63,700 bases of DNA, from the NCBI RefSeq assembly GCF_004010195.1, contig NC_057751.1, forward strand, positions 9,615,611-9,679,310. The letters are read 5' to 3'. A program made the position numbers and the translations under genes. Shown here in pieces: positions 47,901-59,677 of this stretch; position 1 is the stretch's first letter; the number at the start of each line of letters is the position of its first letter. The notes under the pieces are model-generated. The model was given only the letters and a program-made list of their open reading frames with translations. It ran no database searches and was not told where the DNA came from. Source of the stretch: Chiloscyllium plagiosum (lineage: Eukaryota).

Positions 47901-50900
47901 AGAAAAATCAAAGGAGTTGCCCCTCTGCATCTTGGCCTTGGACCAGAACCATTAAAGATGAAACAAAGTGCGGGTACTTCAAGCATACACAACCAGCGGT
48001 TAGAATTCAATGAATACTTGCATGATTACAATGATCTTCAATACGTTTCTGAGTAATAACTATGAAGATGTTCTAAATTTGCTAAAACACTCACATCAAC
48101 ACACTGCGCACATTGGCAAAGGTCTTCTTTGAGCAATTGTCTTTGCATTGCGAAGAGATCAATGTTCTACTATCAGCAAAGGTGACTTTATCAACCAACA
48201 TTTCATACCTAGTGGATGATTTCACATCACCTGCTTCTCACTTCCAGAGTTTTTGTTTGCAGAACCCAAGTACATCAGAGTTTTGGAGAACTATCTACGG
48301 CCTGAACTTGTCGCCAGAAGATGACATATTCAATAACCCACAGACCTAGCATGGACAGAAACCTTTGTTGGATCGCCCTGGAGGGACACAGGAATAGTTG
48401 TCGGCCATTCAGCCCACTTAATCTGCTCAGCCTTGAATACAATAATGGCTAGTAAAACACTTGAATGCCTTTTATCAACACTGTCCGTCTAACCTTTTAC
48501 GCCAATCAAATTTGGAGACACATAGTCACTGGGAAAAAAGGCAGGAATCATGCAGAATAAACTAAAATTCATATAAGTTGTGCATGGTGTTGCAATCAAG
48601 AGCTATCCCTACTCACTGGTTTAAGACACGAGGTTCCAAGATTTGCCAACCGAGGTATTTAGAATGGATAATACCACAGAATACAACTTGGGCCCTTATT
48701 CTTTACATTTGCAGTAGAAACAAAATGAATAAGATGCGTCACGAACAACAACTAGAATTAATAGAAGTCGCTCAAGTCACATCGTGAAGTCACATAAGTC
48801 TGAAAGGTTAGTTCGATCTTTTGACTGAATCACACGAGAGACATTACAATCGTTCCTGCTGTAATACACGTTTCCTCAATGGGAATTGGCTATAATGCAA
48901 TTGAAGAATTTAGACCATTATTTGTACAGCGCGAACTTTCCTTCACTGTATTGGCTATAACGCAATTCCAGTCCCATTGTTTTAAATGGTGCTTCGATTA
49001 TGTGATTTTCTTATAACACGGGAATCACACAGGAACGCAACTATTGCATTATATCAGAACAGACTGTACAATAAAGTAAGATGTCAAAAGTCTTTCTGAC
49101 CTTGAAGTTAGTGAGTTCAGATTCCTTCTCCTTGAGGAGGTCAGCCATGTAATCAATCAAATGAAGACCAAATGCATTCTTTGTGGTGATTTTCTATGAA
49201 AGTCACAGAATAAAGAGTGCAATTAGATTATATTGCAACAAATTCAAGTCTGTTGCAGCTAAGTTTTGATGTTCAGAGTACAAGCCACTTCCTTCATTGG
49301 TCCAAATTTCTCCTTGCAACCTGACTCCCATTTACTCATACTCATGAAATTGTGACATCCAGGGATCTGGTAGTGTAACTCAAGAGTGATCTGATAAAAA
49401 TTCCATGTCATGTACAGTCCTTACGTCTTTCCTCACAGAGACTCAGATGAACACTCTACAAAACTAGTTGCCGCTTGATGAGTGCAAGGGTCGGTGTTGG
49501 GTCCACTGCTGTTCATTTTTATAAACGACCCGGATGAGGGCGTGGAAATGTGGGTTAGTAAATTTGCAGACGACACTAAGGTCAGTTGTGTTGTGGATAG
49601 TGACGAAGGATGTTGTAGGTTACAGAGAGACAGATAAGCTGCAGAGCTGGGCTGAAAGGTGGCAAATGGAGTTTAGTGCGGACAAATGTGAGGTGATTCA
49701 CTTTGATCGGAGTAACCAGAATGCAAAGTACTGGGCTAATGGTAAGATTCTTGGTAGTGTAGATGAGCAGAGAGATCTCGGTGTCCTTGAAAGTTGCCAC
49801 CCAGGTTGACAGGGTTATTAAGAAGGCATACAGTGTTTTAGCTTTTATTAATAGACGGATCGAGTTCTGGAACCATGAGGTTATGCTACAGCTGTACAAA
49901 GCTCTGGTACGGCCGCACTTGGAGTATTGTGTGCAGTTCTAGTCACCGCATTATAAGAAAGATGTGGAAGCTTTGGAAAGGGTGCAGAGGAGATTTACTA
50001 GGATGTTGCCTGGTATGGAGGGAAGGTCTTACGAGGAAAGGCTGAGGGACTTGAGGCTGTTTTCGTTGGAGAGAAGGTTGAGAGGTGACTTAATAGAGAC
50101 ATATAAGATAATCAGAGGGTTAGATAGGGTGGACAGGGAGAGCCTTTTTCCAAGAATGGTGACAGTGAGCACGAGGGGGCATAGCTTTAAAGTGAGGGGT
50201 GATAGATATAGGACAGATGTCAGAGGTAGTAAGGGTATGAAATACTGTGCCTGCAATGGTAGTAGATTCACCAACTTTAAGTACATTTAAGTCGTCATTG
50301 GACAAGCAGATGGACGTACATGGAATAGTGTAGGTTAGATAGGCTTCACGTTGGTATGACAGGTCGGCGCAACATCGAGGGCCGAAGGGCCTGTATGGCG
50401 CTCTAATGTTCTATGTACTACTTTTGCAATGAACATACGTATCAGCATTTTAACTATTATTAGTTTCTCATCCCACAAATCAAGTTTGATATTTTTTCTT
50501 GACGGATCCATGATCTACCACAGGTACTTCAAGAAGCAACGAGAAACTTTCATGAAAGAAAACACATTTGAAAACAACTAATCCTTTCAGTGGAGAAATG
50601 GCCAAAAAAGTTCAAAACCAGAACATGAATTTTATCCAAACAATGGTCAACAAAATGAACTATACTGATTACTTTTGCATCGGAAGAAATGTCACAGAAG
50701 ACCAACATGGCACACAAAAAAAATCCAGAAATAAACAGCACGACATCGGGTTTAAACCTAAAACCCATCTACCATTTCTCAGGTGCTGACAGACCTTTTA
50801 TGTATTCCCAACCCTTTCTTTATAGTTCATGTTGTAAAAGCAATTTCCAGTTTTTAAGTTAAATGTCCAGTTAAATTGTCTGAATTCCTTCATTGCGAAA

Positions 50901-53271
50901 GGATCCATGTTTAGCAAAACAGACACCTTCTGTCTTTATTATATAAAAGATGAAAATAGATCAATTTCAGTCTAGAAAACAAAATAACCAGCAAAATAAA
51001 GTTTCAATCTATTCCCTTCACAGTGATTCAAATCATTACCCCTCCCTACCAAAACATGAAATTTCATGTCACTGATTTCCCACAGTTCTTTTCTATCTGT
51101 ACTAAGTCTGCTCAAGTAAAAGCTCTCAATCTAAGAACATTGATTTTCTCAGCTTTTTAATAATCTGAACATTTCTAACCAAATACACGCAGTCAAGAAG
51201 GTGCATAAACTATACTTTTCAATTGCGGTACATGTGCCAAAACCATTCTAGTCTTTTTCTTGAAGAGGACATACATTTGTTTTGGATCCCATCAGGTTTC
51301 ATCCAAATCATGCAAAAACGTTTGACTCTGGATTTTCTAAACTCATATGAACCCTGAGCCAAAACAACAATGTGCTCCTCAATGTTTATTTCACTTGTCA
51401 CAACTATCATATAAAAACACATCTTCCATTGACCGTCTGACACATCCTGGATGAGGTCCTAATTCCAGAATTATGGCCCGACCGAGTGCTTGTTTTTAAA
51501 TCCTTTAAGAAAAAAATCACCACCTCATATGCCAATACTTCAAAATTAAAATTCTAAAAATGATACATATTTAACACTTTACATGAAGATTGGTAAATGC
51601 AGTCTTGGGATTCACATCTTAGAATACAACACATGATCAGAATGTTGTTAGCAGAAATAGTGACCCTTTCAAAAGTGATTCAACAAGCTCAGTGTGATTA
51701 CTATCTTAATCAAACCAGACTAGAAGCAAAAGTAGGCCATGCAGCCCATCAAGTCTCTTCTGCCAATGAGATCAGCGTTTATCTAATTATCTTCAACTGC
51801 ACTTTACTGCCTTATCTCCACAACCCTTCATTCCCCAACTGACTAAAATCTGTCGATCAAAGCCTTGAATATACTCAATAAATCAATATCAACAGCAGTG
51901 CCACAGGAAAGAATTCCACAGTTATTCCCCTCCGAGAGAAGAAACTTCTGCTCAACTGTCTTATATGTGCAATCCTTTATTTAAAGATTATGCTTTCTGG
52001 TCCAAGACTCTCACACAAAGCCAAAAGTTTACCTCTCCAAATGTACTCTCTGTATTCCCAAATAATCTTGTATGTTCCTGAATTTCACTGAGTACAAACC
52101 CGACTGGCTCGATCTCTCCTCATCCCTGTCTATATGGTACTCGTTAAGTGAATCTTCTCTGGATTGCCTCCAATGCCAGTATGTCTTTCCTGACATAAGA
52201 GGCGCAAAAATGTTCACAATATTCCAGTTGCGGTCTGACTCTTGCCTTGTAGACTTCAGCAATATCTTCCTACTTTTCTACTCCATTCCCTTTGAAATAA
52301 AGAAGGCCAAATTTCCATGAAACCATTCTGGTGCTGTCTGATCATAACATGCATTTCTAAACACACTGCTATTACTGCCTTTATAATGGACTCTGATACT
52401 TCTCAATAACATTTGTTAAGTTAACTGGCCTCAAGCTATCTACTTTTTTGTCTCCGTCCCTTCTTCAATAATGGTACTAGGTTGGCAGTTTTCTAATCCT
52501 CTGACACTTTTCCACAATCAAAGGATTCGTCGAAGATAACTCCCAATGCATCCACTATCTCTGTAGCTACTTACTTCAATATCCAAGGATGCATCCCATC
52601 AGTCCATATTTGACAAAAGTGTACAAGAAGCCTATTTCCTTTCCAATTTTAAACAAGTTTAACATTGTGAAGAAAAAACTGGATCAATTATGAAGTCAGA
52701 ACAATGGTCAACATCCACTTACATTTTCAGAACATAGTTTGATGCAGGTAGAATAGTGTTCAGATATCTGATTATTTGACAGCTTGGGTTCAAAGGATTG
52801 TGGAGTCCCCCTGCAACAATGAATGACAGTCAGAATGAATTGTCACAAGGTCAAAAGCTACTCGCTCCCAGCTCAGGATCCAAACAAACCTTGAATCAAG
52901 AATTTTGACACATCGCAAGAGAAGGAACCTGTAATGGGAATTAGGAAGGGTCTTGCAGAACACTGTGGGTTCAGGACCAAGCAAAAAAAATGTTCACTCA
53001 GGAGCAATGATACATAAATACATGCTGGAATGAAACAGTGCAATGAGATGTACCTTGACACTGGGGACATCAAAGGGCTTTCTGTGCCACTTAATTGCAA
53101 ATCTGTCACTTTTGAGCGTCTTCTCTCCCTCCTTTCACGTTCATCGTCATTTGCTGCAACATCCATTTTTGCAGAGGTCTTAAGACTCTGAACAGCCTGT
53201 CGCTTTGTCGCTGGAGAAATAAACTTGTGGTCAGTAGACCCTACTCGAGACACTGAAGTTGAATAATCCAT
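37841..53271 (-). CDS. NCAPH: Condensin I kleisin subunit CAP-H (barren), 17 coding exons, about 704 aa
   Basis: Minus-strand exons 53271(ATG; acceptor at 53277)-53054, 52810-52723, 49193-49101, 47032-46912, 46627-46494, 45967-45778, 44702-44614, 44355-44147, 43900-43752, 43323-43223, 42386-42264, 41567-41460, 41368-41216, 40091-39978, 39155-39067, 38174-38099, 37900-37841 (sum 2115 nt). Motifs [112 protein letters not shown]. The start codon is inferred; an upstream exon is possible. Confidence 0.95.
40377..40995. mobile_element. Probable solo LTR
   Basis: TGTGAC...TAACA termini, AATAAA near the right end, 619 bp; TSD imperfect. Confidence 0.4.
41901..41930. repeat. (AC)15 microsatellite
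   Basis: Perfect dinucleotide run. Confidence 0.97.
45350..45515. repeat. Palindromic Penelope-pLTR-like repeat, hammerhead core truncated
   Basis: gcacagcaagtcaggcagcatc..gatgtttcgggcaaaagcccttc followed by the inverted arm gtgctgtctgacctcctgtgc. Confidence 0.65.
48847..49066. mobile_element. Tc1/mariner (Tigger/pogo-like) MITE
   Basis: TA|CAATCGTTCCTGCTGTAAT ... ATTATATCAGAACAGACTG|TA imperfect TIRs with TA duplication; internal ggctataa(c/t)gcaatt repeats. Confidence 0.6.
49485..50420 (+). mobile_element. CR1 LINE 3' fragment
   Basis: [50 protein letters not shown]; tail gggccgaagggcctg..tgttctatg. Confidence 0.9.
51715..52605 (-). mobile_element. Old CR1 fragments
   Basis: agaagcaaaagtaggccatgcagccc tail; reverse-complement RT fragments (ggattgcctccaatgccag, tcccaatgcatccactat). 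Confidence 0.65.
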
Positions 53272-53524
53272 TTTGCCCTGTGAGAAACAAGTACAACATA
53301 AGAACACCAAGGCAAAGTTTCACACTCAATCACCATGTGAATGGTAACTCAGCACATCGGTGACATTACAGTGGAGGTTTTGGATCGACTTTTTGTTATG
53401 ATTTTCATTTATCTTCACGACTTCGACACTGGCAAGCATCTCTTGAAGTACAAGCGGTGTCAACGAACCTCGGACACCAAGAAATGCAATTGGTTATGGC
53501 AACCGGAAACAAGTGAGATCCTTG

Positions 53525-53720
53525 ACAACAAAAACAGAAATTGCTGGAAAAGCTCAGCAGGGAGAGAGAAAGCAGCATTATGGTTTCGAGTCCGGTCGCC
53601 CTTCTTCAGAACTGCTGACTGTGCTGAAGAAGGTTCACTGGATTCGCAACTTTGCTTTCTCTCTGCAGATGCTGGCACGCCTGTTGAGTTTCTGCAGCAA
53701 TTTCTGCTTCTGGTTCAGCT
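53525..53720. repeat. Palindromic pLTR-like repeat with two degenerate hammerhead cores
   Basis: Arms cagaaattgctggaaaagctcagcagg / cctgttgagtttctgcagcaatttctg; CTGAAGAAGG on both strands facing outward. Confidence 0.65.
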
Positions 53721-53749
53721 TCCCAGCCACCCGCAATTTGCACTTTTAC

Positions 53750-54400
53750 TATGCGAGACGTCGGGCGACTTGTTTCAATCACGCTCAGCGGGATTGAATT
53801 TCGACCATCCCGGCCTTGCTCAGCCTACATCGACCGACCACTCGCACGATCCGCCCGGTGTTGGGTGCAAACATTCACACCCGATGCGGATCGACGACAT
53901 TCGCCTCAGTTTTTCTGACGGATGGAGGCCTAGTTTTATCCGCCCGCTCAAATCCAAGAAGCGAACAATGAAAGAAACCCAATCTGCAGCTCTCCGCACA
54001 TCGTCCGGGCCCGCACCGACCTGAACAATGTGGATGGCTGGTTATTTTTACCCCCCCGCCAACGGCGTTGTATTCCACCCGAAGGCCGGGGTCTCGCTCG
54101 GTTTTACCGTTACTGCGATCCGGATTTAAAAATTCCCGCGGCTCGACAGTGCGCACGCGCGGCTCTCCATCCCCCGGGGGAGGGGATGCGGCCGAGCGGC
54201 CCATCGCTCCGCGCACGCGCAATCCTCCAGCGCACGCCCCACCTCCCCCGCAGGGGGTGGTGCGCAGTAGCTGCCTCTGCGGCAAGAAGCAGGTTGTCGG
54301 GAAAACTGACAGAAATTGGCAGTCAAATACCGAACATTCCCTCTGCTTCAACTTCCCCCGACGTTCAGAGTGTCCGCCTGCTGACCATTCCTGTGAAAGA
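53750..54400 (-). promoter_or_regulatory. NCAPH CpG-island promoter with CDE/CHR and NRF1-like motifs; probable non-coding exon 1 ending at 54021
   Basis: CpG-rich. Minus strand reads CGCGGG-AATT-TTTAAA (54140-54125). GCGCACGC(GC) at 54151, 54211 and 54230. Candidate donor CAG|GTCGGT at 54021/54020. Confidence 0.65.
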
Positions 54401-54988
54401 GAGAGAGAGAGAGGCCATTCGCCCCCTCTTTATCCATCCGCCTGAGACCCCACATGACAAAAAGTCCAGTTGTTCCTTCACTGGTTCCAGAGGTTTCTTT
54501 CTCCAGTGGAAAAACAATACTCCACTGCCCCATCTGAGAAGCCAAGCCATGGATCGAGTACCCTGTGTGAGAAGACGTTCCGGCCCGCAACCCGAAACTT
54601 GCTGACACCAGTATGAACGTGTGCTGCACACGACAAAAGGTTCGTACACAAATTGGGGATTCTCTTTTTCAAAACGCTGTGGATCCTGGGACAACTGGAG
54701 CTCTCCAGATCAAGAGATGTTGTTTGGCAAATGCACCTTTGGATATGGAGCAAAGATGGGAAAGTATACAGTATTGAGATGTGGATTTAGCTATGATTTT
54801 ATTGATTGGTATAACAGACTTATACTTCCAATGTTGCTTGGTTTTTATATGTCCTTTTATAAATCAGACTGTTGAGACGACTGTTCAGTTTGCAGCTCTT
54901 CTTTGCACTTACCTTAGAATGCTTCTCTCATGTTTGTATTGTATTGTTTTGTATTGACCACAATAACAAAAATGATAAATGATAAAAA

Positions 54989-55382
54989 ATAGAGATGTAC
55001 AAAATAATACATGGCTTGGAAAAGGTGGATGCTAGGAAATTGTTTCAGTTAAACGAGGAGACTAGGACCCGTGGACACAGCCTTAGAATTAGAGGGGGTC
55101 ATTTCAGAACAGAAATGCGGAGACATTTCTTCAGCCAGAGAGTGGTGGGCCTGTGGAATTCATTGCCACGGAGTGCAGTGGAAGCCGGGATGCTAAATGT
55201 CTTCAAGGCCGAGATTGATAGATTCTTGTTGTCTAGAGGAATTAAGGGCTACGGGGAGAACGCTGGTAAGTGGAGCTGAAATGCGCAGCAGCCATGATTG
55301 AATGGCGGAGTGGACTCGATGGGCCGAATGGCCTTACTTCCACTCCTATGTCTTATGGTCTTATATGGTCTTATGGTCTTAT
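54989..55382 (+). mobile_element. CR1 3' end, young-looking, (TATGGTCT)n tail
   Basis: YKIIHGLEKVDARKLFQL..TRGHSLRIRGGHFRTEMRRHFFSQRVVGLWNSLP..W; CpGs retained; microsatellite tail. Confidence 0.9.
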
Positions 55383-55649
55383 AACAGCATAATAATTTGA
55401 TCACCAAGTTCTTTGATTTGAATTAGAAACCGAAATAACTGTGTGCTGGAAATCAGTTCTGTGGAAGGTCACTGGACCCAAAACATTAACTGTGATTTCT
55501 CTCCACAGATGCTGCCAATCCTGCAGAGCTTTCTCAGCAATTTCTGATTTGGTCTTTGACTTGACTTCTATGTTTCAGACAATGTGGTCAAACATTTCAA
55601 TAAAATTTGATGAATCCCTGGACCTAAATGAGATGTATCTTGGGCTGTT

Positions 55650-56612
55650 GTGGGAGGCAAGGGTGAGCATTGCAGGGCAGGACAAGATGGATAGAATTCA
55701 TCTCTATTTGGAGAGGCAAGAATTAATCTAAGGAAAATCAGCATAGCTTTGTTAAGGGGGTGATCATGTATAACAGGTTTTAGGAACTTTATTGAAGAGG
55801 TGAATATTGTGTAGATGAGGGTAGTGCAGTTGATGTAATCTGTGGATTTCAGTAAGACTATGAGAAAGTGACACGTGGAGACTCGTCAAGAAGATAAGAA
55901 TCCCTGGGGTTGAGGGTATTTTGGCAAATTGGATCCAAAGTTGGCTTTGTGGCAGGAAGCAGAGAATGACCGTACAGCCATCAAGATATACAAAGTTAAA
56001 AATCACAAGGGGTCAGTGAGTCTAGAACTAGAGGGCATAGGTTTAGGGTGAGAGGGGAAAGATATAAAAGAGACTTAAGGGGCAACTTTTTCACGCAGAG
56101 GGTGGTACGTGAATGAAATGAGCTGTCAGAGGATGTGGTGGAGGCTGGTGAACGCTGGTGAAGTGTGAGTAACGCTTTTTGAGGAGTAATATTGCTCATG
56201 AGTTCACAACATATAGTAGGACCCAACGACATAGAGATTCAGAGGGACCTTGGTGTTAGAATGTACAACAGTAAGCACAATATAGGCCCTTCGCCCCTAT
56301 TGTGTTGACCTTTTATCCTATCCGAAGATTAATCTAACTAAATATCTTTGATGTTCTTATCCAAAGATCCTTGAAAGCAACACAGCAGGTAGACAAGGTT
56401 GGAAAGAAATCATATGGGATACTTGCATCAATTAGTCAACCAGTATATATGAGATCGAGTAGCTTGGGATGGAGCTGTATATAACATTAAAGGCCACAGC
56501 TTGAATACTGTGCACAGTCCTGGTTGCACAGCATAGAATGCATGTGATTGCTCTCAGGAGGACATTTACCAGGATGTTTCCAGGGCTGGAGTGTTTTAAT
56601 AATGGAGAGACT
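55650..56612 (+). mobile_element. Old CR1 mosaic (continues at about 59110-59360 after the Penelope insertion)
   Basis: cagcatagctttgttaagggg, gtggatttcagtaag, younger CR1 piece 56012-56150, tttaccaggatgtttccagggctggag. Confidence 0.65.
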
Positions 56613-57310
56613 CCATATATAGGGTCTAGGTCGATGTGTTTGTTGATGGAGTCTGTGAATGGGTGCAGTGCTTCTAGAAATTCTCGAGCTGTCTTCTGAG
56701 CTTGTCCTAAGATCTTTGTGTTGACGCAGTTGAATTTGTGGTCCTTGTCATCAGTCTGTATGGCTGCTAGGGACATCTGGTCGTGGTGTTTAGTAGCTAG
56801 TTAGTGTTTTGTATTGTGTTGTGTATTATTAGTTGTTTACCTGTTTGTCCTGTATAGTGTTTCATGCAGTCTTTGCATGGAATCTTTTAAATTATGGTAG
56901 TCTTACACATGATGGGTATATAGGGTCTTTTGTCCTGGTGAGTTATTGTCTGTGTGGCTGTCATGAATCACTGATTGGAAAAATCAAACTGTTAATTCCA
57001 AGATGTTCTTTATATAAGGTAGCATGGCGAGTGTGTTAGCTCCTGGCACGTCCTCATCATGTTGTTTTTCTGGTAGGCATCTGTGGATGAAGTTGTAGGG
57101 ATATCTTGGTAAAAGACTTTCTAGAAGTGTTCATCTCTTCACAGGTTGAGAGTGCAGCGGTGTGTTGTAGCCCTTTTGAACAAGATCTAAATGTAGTTTC
57201 TCTCGTGTGTTGGGGTGGTTGCTGTTGAAATTCAGGACCTGGTCTGTGTGTGGTTTTTCTGTACACTCTTGCAGTGTGTTCACTGTTCCGTAGGCAGTTC
57301 TAAGTGCTAC
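56613..57310 (-). mobile_element. Penelope-like element, RT thumb and GIY-YIG fragment
   Basis: Minus strand YRKTTH.DQVLNFNSNHP, KIPCKDCMKHYTGQTG (decayed GIY-YIG), HDQMSL..DDKDHKFN..AREFLEA..TDSINKHIDLDPIY. Confidence 0.85.
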
Positions 57311-57319
57311 CTATGTACA

Positions 57320-59105
57320 ACTCCAATCCTGACATGGATGCTGAAGGAATCACATTACTACCATCCTGTGTCAGATACAGACCACCAATCACACAAGCCA
57401 GAGAAATACACTCAGACACAATGGTCTCAGGCTGATCCAGGTTATGATTATGGATGCACGCAACAAACTATACAGGAACAAACAAGAAATTGTGAATTTC
57501 AAAAACAACCAACCAGCAATGGATCACAACAATCAAACAGGCCATCACCATAAGACAGAACAGAACCACATATAGTAAGAGAACAGCCCTACAAGACAAA
57601 ATGACTAAGCTAACCAACAATAGAGAAGACAACACGACAGACACCTGGGTAAGAAACCTTTTCAATAGACAGCTTACAGACACAGAAAACAAGACACTAA
57701 CCATTGGACACAACTACCAGCACAGGGACACAAAACAACAGACTTCCTTGCAGCACTAGATTAACCAAAGAGAGACAGCAAGCACTAAGACAACCTTTGT
57801 ACCCTTCCTAACAAAGAAAAGACAAATGAACAACCTCAACACCAAAGAGAGATAAGCCCGACAAGAACATAATCTTGATTATCGCAGATAAAGGCAAAAT
57901 GACTTATTATGGTTGAGGCTGAATTTATTCAGAAAACAGAGGTTACTGGCAGATACCAATATCTACCTGCAGAGGGAGTATGTCCCCACACCACAGCTAA
58001 CTAATAGATGAAACAACACACAACAGAACCTTCAAAAAAAACAGACTGATAACCAAGATTGGTTCCATCCGTCGTAAGTCAGAGGGTGACAATACCCCAA
58101 GATTTCATAGATTACCAAAGGTACGCAAACCCGATACACCTCTTAGACCTATTGTGGCACTTCCAGGAACGCCATCACATAAACTGGCAAAAGAACGCCA
58201 ACAAAAACTGAAATATCTGATCAGCAGATCTAAATAGTCTGTACAATCATCACAGGACAACATCAAGAACATAAACCCAAGAACGAAGCAATGGTCTCAT
58301 TCAATGTAACGGCACTGTTCACTTCAACTGCCCAAACACTCTAGCCGGAAAAACCATAGCCAACTTCCTTGACAAGCAGAACAGATGACATGGTGAGGAA
58401 CCTATCAACAAGGACTGCATACTCAAACTACTAGACCTGTGCTTGACGACACACTTCACATTCAACAACCAAACAACATGAACAGATTAATGGGACGCCT
58501 ATGGGCTCACCCATCTCTGTGCTTATAGCAGAAGCAGTGTTGCAAAGACTGGAACAAACAACGCTCACACAAATCTGATCCAAACTCCGGATCAGGTACA
58601 TGGATAACGCTTCTGTAATTATTAAGAGAACAAAAGATCGAGAACACACACCGGATTATCAACATCATGGTCACAAAGATCAAATTTACGAGAGAGAAAG
58701 AAACCAGCAACCAACTCCTGTTCCTGGATGTGACGGTAGAAAGAACACACCAGCCACTAAGTGCCACGACCAGCTGTCCCTAGTAGTCATACACATGGAT
58801 GACAAGGACCACAAATTTGACTGGAGTAACACAACGAGTGTGGACAAACCCAACAGAGGATGGCCAGAGAATTTCTAGACACATAGTTCTCATCCACAGA
58901 CTCCATCAACAAACCCCTCGCCCCAAAATACCCACCACTACGACGAACAAACAGAACTGGCAACAGCAGGAAAGGAAGCAAATAAATTCCAGAAGAGACA
59001 GTACAGCAGTACTTCACAGGAGGCTCCAAAGCACTGAAGATGTCACCAAGACTGGGGACAAAATGTCTGCAAATCAACTTCGCAGCTCAGCAGACATATT
59101 CACAA
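57320..59105 (+). mobile_element. Penelope-like element, decayed RT plus 3' pLTR
   Basis: ADKG, PRFHRLPKVRKPDTPLRPIVALPGTPSHKLAK, MVSFNVTALFTS, INGTPMGSPIS..IAEAVLQRLE, RYMDN, FLDVTVER, HKFDW; degenerate hammerhead at 59031-59070. Confidence 0.88.
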
Positions 59106-59379
59106 CTATGGCACCAGGAGATGTAAATTCAAGGCAAGGGGCAGGAATTGTAGTGTTGTTTTAAGGAAAGATCTTTCTCAGAGGATAGTGGAAATCTGGA
59201 ACTCCTTGTCTGAAAGGATGGTAGAAGTGGAAACTGTCAAAGCATTGAAAAAATATTTGGATGTACACTTGAAAGGGTGGAAGTGCTGGAAAATGAGACC
59301 AGATTGGATAGGTGCTTGGTGACCAACATGACGCAGTAGGCTAAAGAGACTCTTAATATCTAGTTACCATGATGGGGAG

Positions 59380-59583
59380 GTGTCAGTGTTGGACTGGGGT
59401 GGACAAAGTCAGACGTCACACAACACCGGTTATAGTCCAACAGGTTTCTTTGAAATCACAAGCTTTTGGGTCAATGCTCCATCATCAGATTTGACTTCAG
59501 TTGATGAAGGAGCAGTGCTCCAAAACCATGTAATATCAAAGAAACCTGTTGGACTCGAACCAGGTGTCATGTGACTTTTGACA
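59380..59583. repeat. Palindromic repeat (third family) with paired degenerate hammerhead cores
   Basis: tcacacaacacc..gtccaacaggtttctttg / caaagaaacctgttggac..ggtgtcatgtga arms; TTGATGA-A-GGAGCagtGCTCC-AAAA on plus, CTGATGA-T-GGAGC..AAAAGCTT on minus. Confidence 0.65.
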
Positions 59584-59677
59584 TCTAGTTACCAACAAGA
59601 AAACAGGCACTCCAAGACTGGGTATTATATCATGAAAAATGAACAATTGGTCATGTAATCATGAAAGATCATTACAG

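Noticed and set aside
53341-54605. Long plus-strand ORFs (227 aa and 191 aa) opposite the NCAPH 5' region
   Set aside because: They run through a palindromic repeat and a GC-rich island where stops are rare; no recognisable protein motif. A divergent non-coding transcript cannot be excluded.
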